DNA from: Chlamydiota bacterium
GTDB taxonomy: Bacteria; Auribacterota; JACPWU01
NCBI GenBank assembly: GCA_016196885.1
Contig: JACPWU010000057.1
Location: 1 to 27,174 of the forward strand
Length of the DNA stretch: 27,174 bases
Direction: 5' to 3'
Position 1 is the stretch's first letter. Each line of letters begins with the position of its first letter. The notes beneath the pieces are model-generated. The model was not told the origin of the DNA and ran no database searches. It saw nothing but the letters and a program-made list of their open reading frames with translations. Positions 24,594 through 27,174 of the stretch are shown here, piece by piece. A program made the translations under genes and the position numbers.

Positions 24594-25564
24594 TTCTCAC
24601 CCTCCTTTTTTTCCTTCTCTTTGAATCGCAGGGATCGCGTCAGTCCCAGGAAAGTTTCCTCTAAAGACAAACGATGGGGGCCAAAGGATTGCAAGGCCCA
24701 ATTTTTTTCTTTAATCATTTGATCTGCTTCGTTCCAGAGTTCTGGGCCAAAAGGTCCTCTCAATTCAAAGGTGGAAAGAAGATCCCCCCTCCCCGTCTCT
24801 AAAAAAGAGAAAGAGCCAAGAGCTGAAAGTCCTCTCAAGGCATTCTCCACCTCTTCACGAGAGGCCCTGACCGTCAGGTGATAACAGTCTTGGCCCATTG
24901 CCGTTGCCTGAAGTTCTTCCAGGGTACCGTCCGCTATTTTTTTTCCTTCATGGATGATGAGGATGCGATGACTTAAAGAGTCGGCCTCTTGCATGATGTG
25001 CGTGCTGAAGAGAATGGTTTTTTCTTGAGCCAGTTTCCGGATCAATTCTCGAATCTCAATGATTTGAAAGGGGTCGAGCCCTGCCGTGGGTTCATCCAGA
25101 ATCAAGACCTTTGGATCGTGCATCAAGGCCTGGGCCAATCCCACCCGTTGGCGATAGCCTTTGGAAAGTTCTGAAATGGTTTTCTTGAGAACCTCTTTCA
25201 AGGAAAGATTTTCGATCACCCAGGTGAGGCGTTGCCGAGCCATCTTTGCTTGGAGATGGCGGGCCTGGGCGATAAATTTTAAATATTCATCTACCTGCAT
25301 CCCCAAATAAAGAGGGGCCGTTTCGGGTAAATAACCCATCAGGCGGCGGACCTCGAGGGGCTTTTGGAGAATGTTGAACCCATCCACAGTGGCCGTTCCG
25401 CAAAGCGGGGTGAGAAAAGTGCTTAAGATACGCATCAAAGTCGTTTTTCCCGCCCCATTGGGTCCCAAGAGACCCAAAATCTCTCCGGGTTTAGCCTTGA
25501 AGGACACGTGGTCTAAGGCCACCGTGAAACCGTAACGCATCGTGAGTTCGCAAGCTTCGATCAT
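24590..25564 (-). CDS. ABC transporter ATP-binding protein (GldA/CcmA-like)
   Basis: Walker A is GPNGAGKTT, the signature is LSKGYRQRVGLAQAL, Walker B is LILDEPTAGLD, and the H-loop is STHIM. Confidence 0.93.
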   Translation of the reverse strand: MIEACELTMRYGFTVALDHVSFKAKPGEILGLLGPNGAGKTTLMRILSTFLTPLCGTATVDGFNILQKPLEVRRLMGYLPETAPLYLGMQVDEYLKFIAQARHLQAKMARQRLTWVIENLSLKEVLKKTISELSKGYRQRVGLAQALMHDPKVLILDEPTAGLDPFQIIEIRELIRKLAQEKTILFSTHIMQEADSLSHRILIIHEGKKIADGTLEELQATAMGQDCYHLTVRASREEVENALRGLSALGSFSFLETGRGDLLSTFELRGPFGPELWNEADQMIKEKNWALQSFGPHRLSLEETFLGLTRSLRFKEKEKKEGEK

Positions 25565-25568
25565 AAAT

Positions 25569-25649
25569 ACAGTTTTAAGTTATAAGTTGTAAGTTTTAAG
25601 TTTAAAAGGAATTTATTTTTTACTTACAGCTTACAGTTTATAGCTTATG
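25569..25649. repeat. Opposed heptamer arrays: (TAAGTTN)x4-5 ... (RCTTAYN)x4
   Basis: The left array reads ACAGTTT TAAGTTA TAAGTTG TAAGTTT TAAGTTT. The right array reads ACTTACA GCTTACA GTTTATA GCTTATG. The right arm overlaps the grxD stop codon. Confidence 0.75.
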
Positions 25650-25962
25650 ACTGCTTTAACATTTCTTGCAATTCCCCGCGCTCGTACATTTCGGTGACGA
25701 TGTCGCAGCCGCCGATAAACTCTCCATGAATGAAAATTTGGGGAACGGTAGGCCATTGGGTGTAATCCTCCAAGGCATCCCACAGCTCGTCATTTGCGAG
25801 GACATTGACAGATGCCAGGTCCTTCGCGCCTGCGGCCCGAAGCACTTCACAGGCACGGGCTGAAAATCCGCATTGAGGAGCCTCAGGGGTACCCTTCATA
25901 AAAATAATCACAGGACTAGATTTTACTTTTTCTTCGATTTGGGATCTCAAGGGATGTGACAT
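25645..25962 (-). CDS. grxD: Monothiol glutaredoxin (Grx4/GrxD family, CGFS active site)
   Basis: FMKGTPEAPQCGFS and WPTVPQIFIHGEFIGGCD. AGGAG lies 7 nt upstream of ATG 25962, so the longer ORF to 26001 is not needed. Confidence 0.92.
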   Translation of the reverse strand: MSHPLRSQIEEKVKSSPVIIFMKGTPEAPQCGFSARACEVLRAAGAKDLASVNVLANDELWDALEDYTQWPTVPQIFIHGEFIGGCDIVTEMYERGELQEMLKQS

Positions 25963-26059
25963 TGTGATGCTCCTTTTTTTAAAACAATTTCCAAGGGTCA
26001 ATGTCTAATTGGACATTTGAAAATTGGAAATTAATTTGACATTGGGTATTGTAAATTTG

Positions 26060-26302
26060 TCATTTTTTATATTGCTCTGGCGTATAAGTTTTTAAAGTCA
26101 GTGCGTGCAATTCTCCGGAGGCAATTTCATGTTCGAAAATCTTGTAAATCATGCGATGTTGAGCAATCATGAGTTTACCCTTAAAGGTGGGAGAAATCAC
26201 CACTGCCTGGTAATGGTCTTGGGTTCCTGTGAGATCGGTTACCTCTGCCTGTGTCTGGGGAGCCCATTTTTCTATTTTTGACTTAATTTGTTCCGCGTTC
26301 AT
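26060..26302 (-). CDS. bolA: BolA-family protein
   Basis: An 80-aa version starting MNAEQIKSKIE has BolA length and features (DLTGTQDHYQAVVISPTFKGK, HRMIY, HALTLKTYTP). The longer ORF begins at a GTG (26362) and adds 20 non-homologous residues. Confidence 0.85.
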   Translation of the reverse strand: MNAEQIKSKIEKWAPQTQAEVTDLTGTQDHYQAVVISPTFKGKLMIAQHRMIYKIFEHEIASGELHALTLKTYTPEQYKK

Positions 26303-26379
26303 AAAGTTAGTTTTTTTACACCAGAACTTCCATATTAATGGTAAAATCCTCCCCGAGTCCACTTAAAAAAGGGGGGTCT

Positions 26380-26598
26380 ATGGACACCAAAAGCTGTATC
26401 GTTTGTAAGCTATTGGGTCTTCTGGTGGTGATTGGGGCTTTGAATTGGGGTTTGATCGGGATTTTGAAGTTGGATTTGGTGGCAAAGCTCTTGGGGGACA
26501 TGACGATTGCTTCCCGGGTCGTTTATACCTTGGTGGGGATTGCAGGCGTGGCGAAGCTCATTTCTTGTTTTAGAGATTGTCCGGCGTGCAAGAAATAG
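26380..26598 (+). CDS. DUF378-family small membrane protein
   Basis: The core VVIGALNWGLIGILKLDLVAKLLG...SRVVYTLVGIAG is typical of DUF378. A G-rich SD lies just upstream of ATG 26380. Confidence 0.8.
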   Translation: MDTKSCIVCKLLGLLVVIGALNWGLIGILKLDLVAKLLGDMTIASRVVYTLVGIAGVAKLISCFRDCPACKK

Positions 26599-26620
26599 CT
26601 TTTGTACTTTAAATTTATTC

Positions 26621-26852
26621 AAAGGCTCTTTCCTTCCTATACATACCCAAGGACAGAGATAGGAAATGAGAACCGAGACGCAAAAGCTTGAGCCAGACAG
26701 GCCTTTGCAGTCCCTGTGGGATTGACCTGAAGAAAACGTAGGCATACACTGACAGGTGTCTGTCGAGGCTTTCTGAAGGTCAAGATGGCCAAGATCTTGC
26801 GTCGAATTCCATTTTCCTATCTCTGTCCTTGGGTACATAGGAAAGAGCCTTT
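26621..26852 (+). mobile_element. Family M element, non-coding copy, nested in two layers of inverted repeats
   Basis: The outer 14-bp IR is AAAGGCTCTTTCCT (26621-26634) / AGGAAAGAGCCTTT (26839-26852), followed by a T-run. The inner 22-bp IR is ACCCAAGGACAGAGATAGGAAA (26645-26666) with its reverse complement at 26813-26834. The core 26672-26807 matches the metH insert. Confidence 0.75.
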
Positions 26853-26885
26853 TTTTGTTCCCTGTGGGTAGCACGTCAAGATGTC

Positions 26886-27170
26886 GATCGTGTATTTAAA
26901 AGTGTGTCCTTTTAAGAGGAGGCGGGTCCTGTCCCTCCTCACCCAGCAAGGTAGGTTTTTCTGCCGGTGGCAGAAAAACCTTCCGCGGTAGTAAATGTTA
27001 TTTCTCGTTTATCAACTGACGGCACAGAGGTTATAGCCCCCGTGGGGTCGATATCGGTTGGGTTGTGAATGTAATGAGAGGGTCCATGTCTCCATCTGCT
27101 GGCGATCAGCGGGGGACCCCCAGTCGGGCCACCCGCATCCATAAAAGGACACACTTTTAAATACACGATC
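26886..27170 (+). repeat. Family P element, long copy (26923-27135), enclosed by a 29-bp perfect inverted repeat
   Basis: The IR is GATCGTGTATTTAAAAGTGTGTCCTTTTA (26886-26914) with its exact reverse complement at 27142-27170. The P blocks lie at 26923-26944 and 27090-27135. An internal 13-bp hairpin is AGGTTTTTCTGCC/GGCAGAAAAACCT. Confidence 0.8.
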
Positions 27171-27174
27171 CGCA

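Noticed and set aside
26715-26790. Hammerhead-like CUGAAGA (CUGANGA) motifs in the family M core
   Set aside because: The equivalent position in the metH copy reads CUUGAAGA, so the catalytic C is lost. I could not place a stem II/GAAA/stem III arrangement.
26621-26856. The long fold-back after the DUF378 gene as a 6S RNA or a simple giant terminator
   Set aside because: Perfect 14- and 22-bp stems and a 230-nt span do not fit 6S RNA, which is an irregular helix with a central bubble, or a functional intrinsic terminator. The core is a dispersed repeat also found inside metH.
1-27174. tRNA, rRNA, tmRNA, RNase P or SRP RNA genes, CRISPR arrays, transposase or integrase genes
   Set aside because: I looked in all intergenic spacers for T-loop-type GGTTCGAATCC motifs and for the conserved RNase P, tmRNA and SRP cores, and found none. 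No ORF resembles a transposase, integrase or Cas protein. The scan was manual and could miss divergent cases.

Overview
This 27.2-kb chromosomal segment comes from a bacterium I cannot assign to a taxon. I call 19 protein-coding genes, mostly housekeeping. In order they are: HU, a HAD phosphatase, an AAA+ (DUF4143-type) ATPase, a DsrE-like protein, a VapBC pair overlapping a DUF255/YyaL thioredoxin-fold gene, BioB, an RlmD/RumA-type methyltransferase, an alpha-glucan phosphorylase, OsmC, cobalamin-dependent MetH, a 1323-aa secreted beta-helix/Calx-beta/jelly-roll repeat protein, a GldA / GldF-GldG fusion / DUF4340 ABC operon, GrxD-BolA, and a DUF378 membrane protein. I saw no rRNA, tRNA, CRISPR array, transposase, integrase or recognisable defence operon. 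The unusual content is non-coding: nearly every intergenic spacer carries short repeats from at least five families. (1) GTAG-type REP units arranged as inverted doublets (REPIN-like), with no RAYT gene in the window. (2) Heptanucleotide arrays with five different unit sequences, including (ATAAAAC)14 abutting a start codon and three loci with opposed arrays. (3) A 133-bp MITE with 24-bp perfect inverted ends and an 8-bp target duplication. (4) Family M. (5) Family P. Families M and P each have a conserved core nested in long, perfect, copy-specific inverted repeats. One M copy is a 168-nt in-frame insertion near the 5' end of metH, and a small palindromic element also has a copy inside the DUF4340 gene. 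All alignments and counts were made by eye and need computational confirmation. I found no convincing novel protein-coding system; the repeat biology is the best lead.
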